Shown here one piece after another: positions 48,249 through 57,993 of a stretch of DNA of 64,000 bases. Within the stretch, counting starts at the first letter, position 1, and each line of letters opens with the position of its first letter. This DNA comes from an uncultured Alphaproteobacteria bacterium. GTDB taxonomy: Bacteria > Pseudomonadota > Alphaproteobacteria > UBA7985. The position numbers and the translations under genes are program-made. The DNA is taken from positions 9,082 to 73,081 of the forward strand of contig CAJQLX010000014.1 of NCBI GenBank assembly GCA_905479265.1, read 5' to 3'. Below the pieces are notes generated by a model, which ran no database searches, was not told where the DNA came from, and saw only the letters and a program-made list of their open reading frames with translations.

Positions 48249-48890
48249 ATGTTTACGGGCATCATCACGGACGTGGGTCACGTCGTGCATCGCGAAGACC
48301 GGGGCGACACCCTGTTCCGCATCGAAACGGCTTACGCAGCGGACACCATCGATCTGGGGGCGAGCATCTGCTGCAATGGCGCCTGTATGACTGTTATTGC
48401 GCGCGAGCAAGTCAGCGACGATCGGGCGACATTTGACCTCGAAGCCAGCGCGGAGAGCCTGTCAAAGACGACCATGGGAACATGGAATGTTGGCTCACTG
48501 ATCAATTTGGAACGCAGCTTGGCCGTCGGCGACGAGCTGGGCGGGCATTTGGTTTCCGGCCATGTCGATGCCGTGGCGGACGTTGTTGCACTGGTGACAG
48601 AGGGCGACAGTTGGCGCCTGACCATTCGCCCACCTCAAGCCCTGATGCCATTCTTTGCGCCCAAGGGTTCGGTTGCGCTAAACGGCGTATCGCTGACGAT
48701 AAATGAGGTGGACGACGCCACCTTTGGCATCAACATGATCCCGCACACCCAACAGGTGACAGCGTTCTCCGCCCTGGGCACCCTTGTGATTTCGGAGGCG
48801 AGCCCTGCGCCGATCAACTTGGAAATTGACCAGCTGGCTCGCTATGTTCACCGCCAGCTACAGTTTTTACCGCAAGCCCAAGGTTCCTGA
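48249..48890 (+). CDS. ribE: riboflavin synthase (alpha chain)
   Basis: MFTGIITDVGHV start (ATG 48249) with two lumazine-binding repeats. The track ORF is N-terminally over-extended. Confidence 0.9.
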   Translation: MFTGIITDVGHVVHREDRGDTLFRIETAYAADTIDLGASICCNGACMTVIAREQVSDDRATFDLEASAESLSKTTMGTWNVGSLINLERSLAVGDELGGHLVSGHVDAVADVVALVTEGDSWRLTIRPPQALMPFFAPKGSVALNGVSLTINEVDDATFGINMIPHTQQVTAFSALGTLVISEASPAPINLEIDQLARYVHRQLQFLPQAQGS

Positions 48891-48893
48891 TCC

Positions 48894-49973
48894 ATGGTCG
48901 AGACGTTCCACGAGTTTAAATCTACGATTCCAGAAATCATCGAAGAGGCCCGCAACGGACGGATGTTCGTCCTCGTGGATGATGAAGATCGGGAAAACGA
49001 AGGCGATATCATCATTCCCGCCCAGATGGCGACGCCTGAGGTTATCAATTTCATGGCAACCTTTGGCCGTGGATTGATCTGCTTGGCCATGCCGCCAGCA
49101 CAGATTGGGCGGCTGGATCTCCCGCTGATGCCCCAGCGGCACGAAAGCCGGTTTGGTACGGCCTTCACCGTGTCGATCGAGGCGGCGACCGGCGTAACGA
49201 CGGGCATTTCTGCGCCAGACCGCGCGCGGAGTATTGCCGTTGCAATCGATCCCAGCGTGCAGCCCGGCGACATCCAAACCCCCGGCCACGTCTTCCCCCT
49301 GCTCGCGCGCGAAAATGGCACGCTGGAGCGGACAGGACACACGGAAGCCGCCGTCGATATCGCTCGGCTGGCTGGTCTGAACGCGTCTGGCGTTATCTGT
49401 GAGATCATGAATGACGATGGCGACATGGCCCGCCGCGATGATCTGGTCGCCTTCTGCAAGAAGCACGGGCTCAAGATTGGCACCATTGCCGACTTGGTGG
49501 CCTATCGCCTTGCGATGGAAAGCCTGATCGAGCAAGTCAGCGAAGAACCGTTTGAAACGGACTTCGGGCAAGGGTTCAAGATCATCACCTTCCGGGAGCA
49601 AGAAGACCCGCAAGCGCCGGAAATTCTGGCGCTGGTCAAAGGACAAGTTTCCGCCGATATCCCAACACTGACTCGCGTCCACGCGCTGAACATGCGCCGT
49701 GATCTGTTGGGTGGTGGCGGGAAAAGCAGCCTGCCCGCTGCGATCCGCGCGGTGAACGACGAAGGGACAGGCGTGATCGTCCTGATCAACTCCCCCGACA
49801 GCATGGAAAAGCTGCCCCCAGACCAAGCGCTCCGCACCTATGGCCTCGGCGCGCAGGTTTTGGTGCAATTGGGCGTGCGGGATATGACACTGCTTTCCAA
49901 CGCAAGCCGCGAACTGGTCGGACTCGAAGGGTTTGGCTTGCAGGTTGTCGGTTACCGTGGTCTGAGCGACTAG
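48894..49973 (+). CDS. ribB: 3,4-dihydroxy-2-butanone-4-phosphate synthase fused to a degenerate GTP cyclohydrolase II-like domain (RibBX type)
   Basis: DHBP synthase motifs (DDEDRENEGD, GHTEA). The C-terminal domain reads RVHALNMRRDLLGGGG where active RibA carries its zinc-binding Cys residues. Confidence 0.8.
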   Translation: MVETFHEFKSTIPEIIEEARNGRMFVLVDDEDRENEGDIIIPAQMATPEVINFMATFGRGLICLAMPPAQIGRLDLPLMPQRHESRFGTAFTVSIEAATGVTTGISAPDRARSIAVAIDPSVQPGDIQTPGHVFPLLARENGTLERTGHTEAAVDIARLAGLNASGVICEIMNDDGDMARRDDLVAFCKKHGLKIGTIADLVAYRLAMESLIEQVSEEPFETDFGQGFKIITFREQEDPQAPEILALVKGQVSADIPTLTRVHALNMRRDLLGGGGKSSLPAAIRAVNDEGTGVIVLINSPDSMEKLPPDQALRTYGLGAQVLVQLGVRDMTLLSNASRELVGLEGFGLQVVGYRGLSD

Positions 49974-49998
49974 AACATTCAAAGGAAAACGAAGACCC

Positions 49999-50433
49999 AT
50001 GTCTGCATCTCCGCACATCCTGATCGTAGAAGCCCCCTATTACACCGACATTTCAGTCGCGTTGAAAGAAGGGGCTGAAGACTACTTGAAGGGCGAAGGC
50101 GTGACCTTCGAAACCGTTACGGTCCCGGGCGCGCTTGAAATTCCAGCAGCGATTAAGTTTGCAGCGTCCAGCGGGTCATTCGATGGCTTCGTTGCCCTTG
50201 GCTGTGTCATTCGTGGCGAGACAACGCACTATGACTATGTTTGCAGCGAAAGCGCACATGGGTTGCAGGTGCTGGCCATGACCGATGGCCTGTGCATCGG
50301 TAACGGCATTCTCACGACCGAGAACCGGGAACAGGCTTGGGTCCGCGCGGACCGGGCACAGAAGAACAAGGGCAAAGATGCCGCCGAAGCCGCCCTGTCG
50401 CTTGTTCGACTGAAGCACCGGTTTGCGAACTGA
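49999..50433 (+). CDS. ribH: 6,7-dimethyl-8-ribityllumazine synthase
   Basis: 144 aa with VPGALEIP and GCVIRGETTHYDYV motifs. Confidence 0.9.
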   Translation: MSASPHILIVEAPYYTDISVALKEGAEDYLKGEGVTFETVTVPGALEIPAAIKFAASSGSFDGFVALGCVIRGETTHYDYVCSESAHGLQVLAMTDGLCIGNGILTTENREQAWVRADRAQKNKGKDAAEAALSLVRLKHRFAN

Positions 50434-50434
50434 T

Positions 50435-50926
50435 ATGAGCACCCCCGAATACGTCAACATTTCCCACACCCTCGGCCATCGCACAGCCGCACGCTTTGCG
50501 GTGATTCAGGCCTTGTACCAAATTGAAACCACCGACGAGGTTTTGCTCGAACCAGTGCTGAAGGGCTTTCTGCGGCACTTTAACAGCGTTGATCTCGATG
50601 GAATGGAGCTGGGTGAATACGACCAGCAGCTGTTTCAATCGATCCTTGAGGGCATCTCCCGCGTTGCCAGCGATTTGGACGACATGATCTATGGTTCCTT
50701 GTCGGAAAAATGGTCGCTGGCCCGGCTCGACAGCGTCATGCGCGCTATTTTGCGGGCGGGCACCTTTGAACTCAGCGAGCGGCTGGACATTCCCGTCAAG
50801 GTCACGATCGACGAATACGTCACACTGGCCAACCTGTTCTTCTCCGGCAAAGAGCCTGCGATGGTCAACGGCACCCTTGTCACCATCGCTGAGACGCTTC
50901 GCCCCGAAGAACTGAACGAAAACTAG
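50435..50926 (+). CDS. nusB: transcription antitermination factor NusB
   Basis: RTAARFAVIQALYQ N-terminal helix and a conserved position after ribH. ATG 50435 lies right after the ribH stop. Confidence 0.85.
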   Translation: MSTPEYVNISHTLGHRTAARFAVIQALYQIETTDEVLLEPVLKGFLRHFNSVDLDGMELGEYDQQLFQSILEGISRVASDLDDMIYGSLSEKWSLARLDSVMRAILRAGTFELSERLDIPVKVTIDEYVTLANLFFSGKEPAMVNGTLVTIAETLRPEELNEN

Positions 50927-50940
50927 CGGCGACCAGAGCG

Positions 50941-51831
50941 GTGTCAGAGTTCGGCTTCATCAATGATCTCCGGCCCCTCGCGGACCGGGATCATGCGCTG
51001 GACTTTCAGGACGACGCCGCGACCATGCCGCCCGCAGACGTCATCTGCACCGATACGCTGGTTGAAGCGGTCCATTTCTTTGGCTCGGAACCCGCACGCG
51101 ACCTTGCCCACAAAATGCTGGCTGTGAACGTGTCGGACGTGGTTGCCATGAACGCGCGGCCAACCCACGCTTTGCTAAACCTAAGCCTGCCCCGCCGCTG
51201 CGATGCGACATGGCGTGCTGATTTCGTGGCTGGGCTGACCGAGGCTTGCACCCATTTTGACCTCCGATTGCTGGGCGGAGATACGACCAGCGCGCCAGAA
51301 TCGCTGGTGTTGACCGCAACGGTCATGGGCGCACTCGATGGTCGCACGCTGTGGCGACGGAGGGACGCGCGTGTGGGCGATCGGATCTGTGTGGGCGGCG
51401 CGATTGGCGCAGGAGCTTTGGGGCTGCGTGACATGCACAGCGGCGACTCAGACACAGCCTTGGCACAGCACTTTCGCCGCCCCATGCCGCGCGTGGACCT
51501 GCTCGGCGCCGCCGGCGTGGGTGGCTGCGCCGACGTGTCTGACGGACTGATCGCCGACCTCGCCCATATTTGTCGCGCCAGTGCCGTCACCGGCATGCTT
51601 GATCTCAGCCGCGTACCCTATGCCGACCCCCGCGCCGATTGGGCCGCGCAAGTGACCGGCGGGGATGACTATCAGCTGGTGTTCACACTCGCCCCCTCAG
51701 CCCCCGTTCCACGTGGCTGCACAGTCATCGGTGAGGTTGCCTTGCAGCAGCCAGAACAACCGGTGATTCTCGACGGTCCAGCCGCTGTGATCCGCGCCGC
51801 GCACGAGAAATTGGGCTACACCCACTTCTGA
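50941..51831 (+). CDS. thiL: thiamine-monophosphate kinase
   Basis: GTG start. EFGFI...DDAA...D..VE.VHF AIR-synthase-like fold and GGDTT. Confidence 0.85.
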   Translation: MSEFGFINDLRPLADRDHALDFQDDAATMPPADVICTDTLVEAVHFFGSEPARDLAHKMLAVNVSDVVAMNARPTHALLNLSLPRRCDATWRADFVAGLTEACTHFDLRLLGGDTTSAPESLVLTATVMGALDGRTLWRRRDARVGDRICVGGAIGAGALGLRDMHSGDSDTALAQHFRRPMPRVDLLGAAGVGGCADVSDGLIADLAHICRASAVTGMLDLSRVPYADPRADWAAQVTGGDDYQLVFTLAPSAPVPRGCTVIGEVALQQPEQPVILDGPAAVIRAAHEKLGYTHF

Positions 51832-51939
51832 GCCTTTCATATGGCGAAAGGAGAGCTGCAATAGCCGCGTTTGACCCCTCGCGCTAGCTCTGTCACACCG
51901 CGTCCTGAAATCACTAATCTGTTGTAAGAGCTGACCGTT

Positions 51940-52464
51940 ATGGATCTGTCTAAAATCTCCCGTGGTGAGAACCCGCCTGTCGATATCAATGTCGTCATCG
52001 AAGTCCCAGCGAACTCCGCTGTGAAGTACGAAATGGACAAGGAGAGCGGGGCTGTATTCGTCGACCGCATCCTGTTCACCCCGATGTTCTACCCTTGCAA
52101 CTACGGCTTCATGCCGAACACGCTTTCTGACGATGGCGATCCAGTTGATGTGCTGGTCGTTGGTCGTCATGAGCTTGCGCCGGGTTCCGTGATCCGCGCT
52201 GTGCCTGTTGGCGTGCTGATGATGGAAGACGAGAAAGGCGGCGATGAAAAGATCGTTGCAGTTCCGCACAAGAAAATTGACGCATTCTATGATGGCATCA
52301 CGTCCTACACGCAGTTGCCGCAAAACCTGATCGACCAGATCGGCCACTTCTTTGAGCATTACAAAGACTTGGAGCCGGGCAAGTGGGTGAAAGTCACCGG
52401 TTGGGGTGACGAAAAGCAAGCTGCCAAAATGATCGAAGAAGCGATGGCTCGCGTCGACGGTTAG
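51940..52464 (+). CDS. ppa: inorganic diphosphatase
   Basis: NVVIEVPANSAVKYE and DGDPVDVLV motifs. Confidence 0.95.
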   Translation: MDLSKISRGENPPVDINVVIEVPANSAVKYEMDKESGAVFVDRILFTPMFYPCNYGFMPNTLSDDGDPVDVLVVGRHELAPGSVIRAVPVGVLMMEDEKGGDEKIVAVPHKKIDAFYDGITSYTQLPQNLIDQIGHFFEHYKDLEPGKWVKVTGWGDEKQAAKMIEEAMARVDG

Positions 52465-52508
52465 TCCCTGCGCGTCCCACGGGACGCCAAGGCCACATGA
52501 TTGAAAAA

Positions 52509-52545
52509 GCCCCGCGCGCGTTCCTGCGCCGGGGCTTTTGCTTTT
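52509..52545. terminator. rho-independent terminator after ppa (probably bidirectional with bamE)
   Basis: AAAAAGCCCCGCGC...GCGCCGGGGCTTTTGCTTTTT. Confidence 0.8.
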
Positions 52546-52586
52546 TCTTCAGGATGGCGTGCCGGGCGGTGGCAGGTGCGGGCGTC

Positions 52587-53045
52587 TTACTTGAAACCCA
52601 CGGATCCAAAGATATTCCGGAAGAATTCCTGCGCCGCGGAACGGTCAGGCCCGTAGATCTTTGAGCTCTCAGGATCAGGCCGGAAACTGGTATCCCCTAC
52701 GATCCCGTTTTTCACGCTCATATCCGCCACCAGCTCCTCCGCGTCGAAGCTAATCACAACAATGCGCTGCCCAATGACATCAGGCGGGCTGAGCGGCAGG
52801 GGGCGCAGGTCTTGTTTGACGTAGTACCAAATGTTCGGATCTGCGGAACCGATCGTGATCGGCAGTCCGAAGCGCTCTTGAATGTCTTGCTTCGTATCCA
52901 CACCCCGACGCACGGTGGCAAGGTCTTCATCACTGGGCGCACTACCCCGGACATCGACCTGCGCGGTGCAGCCGATCATCAGCAGCGCAGACAAGCTGAG
53001 CAACAGAAACAAAACAAAGGCGCGAACCTGTCGCGTGACAGACAT
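52587..53045 (-). CDS. bamE: outer membrane protein assembly factor BamE (SmpA/OmlA lipoprotein)
   Basis: Lipobox LLMIGC followed by an RGSAPSDEDLATVRRGVDTKQDIQERFG SmpA-like fold. Confidence 0.8.
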   Translation of the reverse strand: MSVTRQVRAFVLFLLLSLSALLMIGCTAQVDVRGSAPSDEDLATVRRGVDTKQDIQERFGLPITIGSADPNIWYYVKQDLRPLPLSPPDVIGQRIVVISFDAEELVADMSVKNGIVGDTSFRPDPESSKIYGPDRSAAQEFFRNIFGSVGFK

Positions 53046-53101
53046 CCATTCCATCCCATATCAGAAGACAACAATAACCGCTGTCGGTTGAGACAACTAC
53101 C

Positions 53102-53626
53102 ATGACCAATTTATTGCGGCGACTCTTGGGTCGCGGAAATACTGATAATTTACGCACCCAAACCCAACGCCGTCTGGAAACAGCGAAGCAAGCCGCCTTG
53201 CACCCCACTTTATACGCGCAATGGGGGGTGCCGGATACCTTTGACGGGCGTTTCGAGGCTTTGCTGTTGATGGTTTCCGTTGAGTTTGGCCGGTTGACCA
53301 GAGCTGACAATGCACCGGCGGCAGATTCGCTGCTCTCCGCGTTTATGCAGGACGTCGAACTCGCGCTTCAAGCGAGCGGCGTTTCTGAGGCTGGGATGCG
53401 CAAGAAGATGCGGCAGGTTGAAACGGCGTCCTTTGCCCGAGTCGAGCAAATCGGCGCGTCCTTGCGGTCGGACCGCTCCACGCGGCAAGACATCCTCAAT
53501 GCCATGTTCAGTGGACAGGACAGCGCGCAGGATACAGCGTCACGACTAGACAGCCTGCTGCACCGCCTGTACGCCGACGAGCAAGGGCTGGAGTCAGCCG
53601 TCGCCGCTATTGAAGAGTTGAGTTGA
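53102..53626 (+). CDS. ubiquinol-cytochrome c chaperone (Cbp3-like) family protein
   Basis: YAQWGVPDTFDGRFEALLLMVSV, typical of the bacterial Cbp3/UQCC family. It sits in the conserved bamE-adjacent position. Confidence 0.65.
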   Translation: MTNLLRRLLGRGNTDNLRTQTQRRLETAKQAALHPTLYAQWGVPDTFDGRFEALLLMVSVEFGRLTRADNAPAADSLLSAFMQDVELALQASGVSEAGMRKKMRQVETASFARVEQIGASLRSDRSTRQDILNAMFSGQDSAQDTASRLDSLLHRLYADEQGLESAVAAIEELS

Positions 53627-53629
53627 GCC

Positions 53630-54181
53630 ATGAAACGCGCCCCCGAACTGACTGACCCGATCGAATGGCCCAATGACGGCTGGATCGATACCTTCAAGAT
53701 CCGCGATGACCACGCCGCAACGGTGCAGGCGCGTATGGAACTGACCGAGGTGCCAACGGATTTGGCCTTGGCCGTGGACTATTCTCTATCGGGCAAAGGC
53801 AAGGAGCTGGTGATCAAGCTGGGGCTGACCGGAACCGTGACGCAAACGTGCGTCGTGACGCTGGAGCCCATTCAGACAGCCGTTGATGAAACCTTTATCC
53901 GCCGTTACCGCGAGGGTGAGTTTATCGATCAGACAGAGGTGGATATTGATGTCGCTGACGGGGACATCGCCACGATGAATGAAGATTTGGAGCCGTGGCT
54001 GCGGTCGGCTGACGAGCGTCCATCCCTGCTGGACTTTGCGATAGAGCAGCTGGGCCTGATCCTCGATGCCTTTCCCCGCAAAACAGGCGCAGAAGTCGAA
54101 GAAGCGCTGTTGATTGATCCCTTGGATCGCCCCGAGACCATGAGCCCCTTTGCCGCTCTCGCAGCGCTTAAAAAGGACTAG
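53630..54181 (+). CDS. YceD/DUF177 family protein
   Basis: Acidic ~180-aa protein with ...TCVVTLEP... and a C-terminal SPFAALAALK segment. Confidence 0.7.
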   Translation: MKRAPELTDPIEWPNDGWIDTFKIRDDHAATVQARMELTEVPTDLALAVDYSLSGKGKELVIKLGLTGTVTQTCVVTLEPIQTAVDETFIRRYREGEFIDQTEVDIDVADGDIATMNEDLEPWLRSADERPSLLDFAIEQLGLILDAFPRKTGAEVEEALLIDPLDRPETMSPFAALAALKKD

Positions 54182-55710
54182 TCGTTGGCGCGGGATCGGG
54201 CGACGTTTATCGCTTCGCTGGCGGCGCGGAACATGGCGGCGGACTTGTGTTCGCACTCCGCTTGCTCCATCGCTGGTACAGAGTCGGCGACGACCCCTGC
54301 CCCTGCCTGGACGTAGAGCTTACCGTCCTTCACCACACTGGTTCGCAGCGCGATGCACGTGTCCAACTCGCCGGTGGCTGAGATATAGCCCACAGCGCCC
54401 GCGTAAACGCCCCTCTGGGACGGTTCCAGTTCGTCGATGATCTCCATCGCCCGAACCTTTGGCGCGCCAGAGACGGTGCCAGCGGGGAAGCCTGAGCCCA
54501 GCGCTTCAAACGCATCCACATCATCCCGCACTTGCCCAACAACGTTTGAGGTGATGTGCATGACGTGGCTAAACCGCTCCACAATCATCTTTTCCGTAAC
54601 GCGGACAGACCCGATCTTCGAAACCCGGCCCACATCGTTACGGCCAAGATCCAGCAACATCAGGTGTTCGGCCAGCTCTTTGGGATCATTGCGCAGCTCT
54701 TCTTCCAGCGCCAAATCTTCAGCGATGGTCTTGCCGCGTGGTCGCGTCCCGGCGATCGGGCGAATCGTAATTTGCCCCTCTCGCACACGCACCAGAACCT
54801 CGGGGCTGGCCCCAACGATGCTAAACCCGCCCATGTTCAGGTGGAACATAAACGGTGACGGGTTTACCCGACGCAAAGCGCGGTAGAGGGCGGCGGAGGG
54901 CAGATCGAAGTCGGCTTCAAACCGCTGCGACAGCACCACCTGAAAGATATCGCCCGCAATGATGTACTCCTTGGCGACTTCAACCATCTGCTCGTATTCC
55001 GATGGCGTGAAGTTGGAGACCTTCTCGGGCAATTCCAGCAGCTCAGTTTTTCCGCGCGTGGATTCTTCGTAAGCGGCTGGCACCGGCGCTTGCAGTTTTG
55101 CGCGGACCTCGGCGAGACGGCGTTCAGCAGCGCCAAAGCTAGCCGCAGGCGTTTGATCGTCATCCGCCCACAGGGGCGCGACCAAGTAGAGCGTATCAAA
55201 GGCGCGGTCAAAGACCACGACAGTTCGGGGCCGGACCAGCATTGAGTCCGGCAGGTTCAAATCGTCGGGATTCAGGTGCTTGGACCGCTCAAAATGCTGG
55301 ACCATTTCGTAACCGAAGAAGCCAAACACGCCCGCAGACATGGGCGGCAAGTGCGCCGGGATCTCGGCCCGCGACGCATTGGAAAAGGCGCGCAGACTTT
55401 CCAGCGGGTTCAGGGACTCGCGCTCATTCGCCCAAGTGATCGCGCCGGATTCGTCTCGGTCCCCGATCTGGGTCTGGCCGTCTTCATGCCGCCAAACCTT
55501 GTCCGGATCGATACCGATAAAGGAATAACGCCCAAGGCTTTCACCGCCCTCGACGCTCTCAAACATCAAACCAAACTCGTCAAAAGCGCCCAGCTTCAGC
55601 GCCGCTGCGACGGTCGTCTCAAGCTCTGCGGAAATGGTTTCCCACAGCAGAAAGCCCTGCCCCGCATCGCGTGCGGTTACGTAAGTGTCAAAAGCGCTTT
55701 TTGCCGTCAT
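54178..55710 (-). CDS. trpE: anthranilate synthase component I
   Basis: Full-length chorismate-binding enzyme (LESVEGG-like FESVEGGESLGRYSF, GAVGY, GAGVVADS). Confidence 0.9.
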   Translation of the reverse strand: MTAKSAFDTYVTARDAGQGFLLWETISAELETTVAAALKLGAFDEFGLMFESVEGGESLGRYSFIGIDPDKVWRHEDGQTQIGDRDESGAITWANERESLNPLESLRAFSNASRAEIPAHLPPMSAGVFGFFGYEMVQHFERSKHLNPDDLNLPDSMLVRPRTVVVFDRAFDTLYLVAPLWADDDQTPAASFGAAERRLAEVRAKLQAPVPAAYEESTRGKTELLELPEKVSNFTPSEYEQMVEVAKEYIIAGDIFQVVLSQRFEADFDLPSAALYRALRRVNPSPFMFHLNMGGFSIVGASPEVLVRVREGQITIRPIAGTRPRGKTIAEDLALEEELRNDPKELAEHLMLLDLGRNDVGRVSKIGSVRVTEKMIVERFSHVMHITSNVVGQVRDDVDAFEALGSGFPAGTVSGAPKVRAMEIIDELEPSQRGVYAGAVGYISATGELDTCIALRTSVVKDGKLYVQAGAGVVADSVPAMEQAECEHKSAAMFRAASEAINVARSRAND

Positions 55711-55777
55711 TTCCCGTCCAGAAGTTCGAAGGCTGAGTCAGAGTTTTTTGTTGCGATGGCGCTGGCGAGCGGGGGAC

Positions 55778-57787
55778 TTAGATCCCCGCACCCGCTGTAC
55801 CACCTGCGCCTGCACCATTACCTTCAAGGCGGACTTCACCGGTTCCGCCGGAGCGGAGATCGAGATAGGCATTCAAACCAGACGTGATGGCCCGCTCAAA
55901 TACCTTTTCGTTGATGTTGACGTTGACGGTCTCACGAACCGCAGCCCGGTAAGCGCGCTGCAACTCGTCGTCATATTGGCGTGCCAACTGGAACTCGATG
56001 CCTTCCAGCGCTTCTGCATCCAACTCAGGATCCGCTGCGCGCGCATCGCGTACCAAAACGATATTGAAGCCTGTGTTCGTGACACCGCTGACAACGTCGC
56101 CCGTCGAAGCGTCTTTTACCACGTCAACCGGGATGGACAGACGCCGCAGGTCGGCGAGGGTCTGGCCGTCTTCTTTCTTCAGTTCAACACCGTTATCGAG
56201 GATGTACTGCGTGAAGCTGGTTTGATCGCTGATCGACGACAGAGCGGTTTCGCCGAGGTTATTCAGCAAATCAGACCGGGCTTGTGTGTTGAAAGCGGTG
56301 GTGAGCATGGGTGTCGCTTCATCGAATGTCATCGGACGGGTTTCTTCCGCACCATCGACACGCACGATAAACAAACCTTCATCGCCAAAGGAATTCCGGA
56401 AACCCGTTTGTCCGATAGGTGCTGAGAAGATTTCGCTGGTGATCTTGGTGTTCACCGGCAGGCCTTCGACCCGCGAATCAGGGCCAGAGGCCGCGACACT
56501 GCCAGAGACCAGCGAAAGCTCGACTTGCGCTGCTGCGTCTTCCAGCGACAACGTGCCGATCAAACCATCCAGTTCATTAAAGCGCGCATTCAGTACGGTC
56601 GCCGCTTGCGGAGCTGCAATTTCGCGGATGGCTTGGTCTCGGTACTCTTCCAAGGCCAAAACTTCGGGCTTATCGACCTGATAGACTTCGATCAGGGTAA
56701 AGCGGTCATTGTCTGCGATTGGATCAAGCATGCCCGCTTCCGTCGTCGCGGTGAATGCCGCGTTTACCGCATCGCGACCGTAGCTGTAAGATCGTGGACC
56801 CAGATCCAAAGGCGTGCCTTGGTCGTTGGCAGCAGCAGCTTCGTCAAACGATTGCCCGCCACGCACAGCGTCCACAATGGTCTGCGCGACGTCGCTATCA
56901 TCGACAAACAGTTGGCGTAGGCTCCACTCGGTCGCAAGGTCCGAGCGCGCAACGTACTGGTCGTAGGTTTCTTGGATGTCTTCTTCTGAAACATCGATGG
57001 ATGGAATCATGTCTTCGGGCGTCAGGAAGATCCCCACGAAATCACGATATTCCGGGCGCTGGTAGTCGTCGGGGCTTGCATCCAAAATCGCCTTGAGCTC
57101 GTCATCGGTTGGCGAGGCCAACTCGATGCCATTGGCGCTGATGGCGAAGTAGGACACGTCATAGCGGCCCCAAGCAGCGTTAAACTGCGCCATGAGTGTG
57201 GACTGTGGAACCTCGGCAATCTTCAAACCGGTCGAATCGTCCAAAATCAAGTCATCGGCGGCTTTGAACAGCCGGTCGGATGCCAGTTCTTCGCTGATAT
57301 CGCGCAAGTACGCGCGCTCGGTCAGGCCATTGGCCGCCAACGTACGGGCCATCGAACGCTCGCTGTAGACGCCCGTTACCGGGTCTTTGAACGTTTCCTG
57401 AATGCTCGCGCTCAGGTCAGTTTGCGAAGCGGTAAGGTTGAGCTTCGCAGCTTGCGCTTTGAACGCAATTTCGTTGACCAAGCGTGCCTGTGTTGCGTCG
57501 CGAACCTGATCCATGAAGCCAAGCCGATCAAAGGCCTCTCGCGAATCAAGTTGCTGACCAAACTGGCCAAACGTCTGCCCAAGCTGGTAAAAACTGCCAC
57601 GTGCTTCCTGCGCAATTTCCAACTCGTTGACATTCTGGCCATCTGCCTGAATGCCCGAGCTAACGCGCGAGCTGGTGAACAGGCTTATCGAACCCACGAT
57701 ACCTGAGCCGAGCAGCATGAAAGCCAAAAAGACCAAAACCGCTTTACCTGCGAACGACTGCGCAAACGCGCGAAGACCACCCATCAT
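55778..57787 (-). CDS. PpiD-like periplasmic chaperone (SurA N-terminal domain protein), membrane-anchored
   Basis: N-terminal TM anchor (KAVLVFLAFMLLGSGIV) and a long periplasmic domain. It sits in the conserved trpE/tpiA neighbourhood. I did not positively identify a parvulin domain. Confidence 0.6.
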   Translation of the reverse strand: MMGGLRAFAQSFAGKAVLVFLAFMLLGSGIVGSISLFTSSRVSSGIQADGQNVNELEIAQEARGSFYQLGQTFGQFGQQLDSREAFDRLGFMDQVRDATQARLVNEIAFKAQAAKLNLTASQTDLSASIQETFKDPVTGVYSERSMARTLAANGLTERAYLRDISEELASDRLFKAADDLILDDSTGLKIAEVPQSTLMAQFNAAWGRYDVSYFAISANGIELASPTDDELKAILDASPDDYQRPEYRDFVGIFLTPEDMIPSIDVSEEDIQETYDQYVARSDLATEWSLRQLFVDDSDVAQTIVDAVRGGQSFDEAAAANDQGTPLDLGPRSYSYGRDAVNAAFTATTEAGMLDPIADNDRFTLIEVYQVDKPEVLALEEYRDQAIREIAAPQAATVLNARFNELDGLIGTLSLEDAAAQVELSLVSGSVAASGPDSRVEGLPVNTKITSEIFSAPIGQTGFRNSFGDEGLFIVRVDGAEETRPMTFDEATPMLTTAFNTQARSDLLNNLGETALSSISDQTSFTQYILDNGVELKKEDGQTLADLRRLSIPVDVVKDASTGDVVSGVTNTGFNIVLVRDARAADPELDAEALEGIEFQLARQYDDELQRAYRAAVRETVNVNINEKVFERAITSGLNAYLDLRSGGTGEVRLEGNGAGAGGTAGAGI

Positions 57788-57993
57788 TCTTTAATCTGCC
57801 TACCGCCAGTGTATTTTTTCGCCAGACGCCCACGGCCCTAAAAACCGCGTGTCATCCCGCTCATTTGGTTATTCCGATGCCAAGCTGCAAATAACGGAGT
57901 CGTTTGCGAGCAGAGCTTTCGCGTGACAGACCACAAAACGGGCGTCTAAACAAGGTGAAGCAGCATTTCAAAAACCTAGGAGGAGGCTCGCGC

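Noticed and set aside
53630-54181. The DUF177/yceD gene is separated by ~11 kb from rpmF-plsX, although the three are adjacent in many bacteria.
   Set aside because: Its placement beside bamE and the Cbp3-like gene looks like ordinary alphaproteobacterial synteny and is not evidence of rearrangement or novelty.
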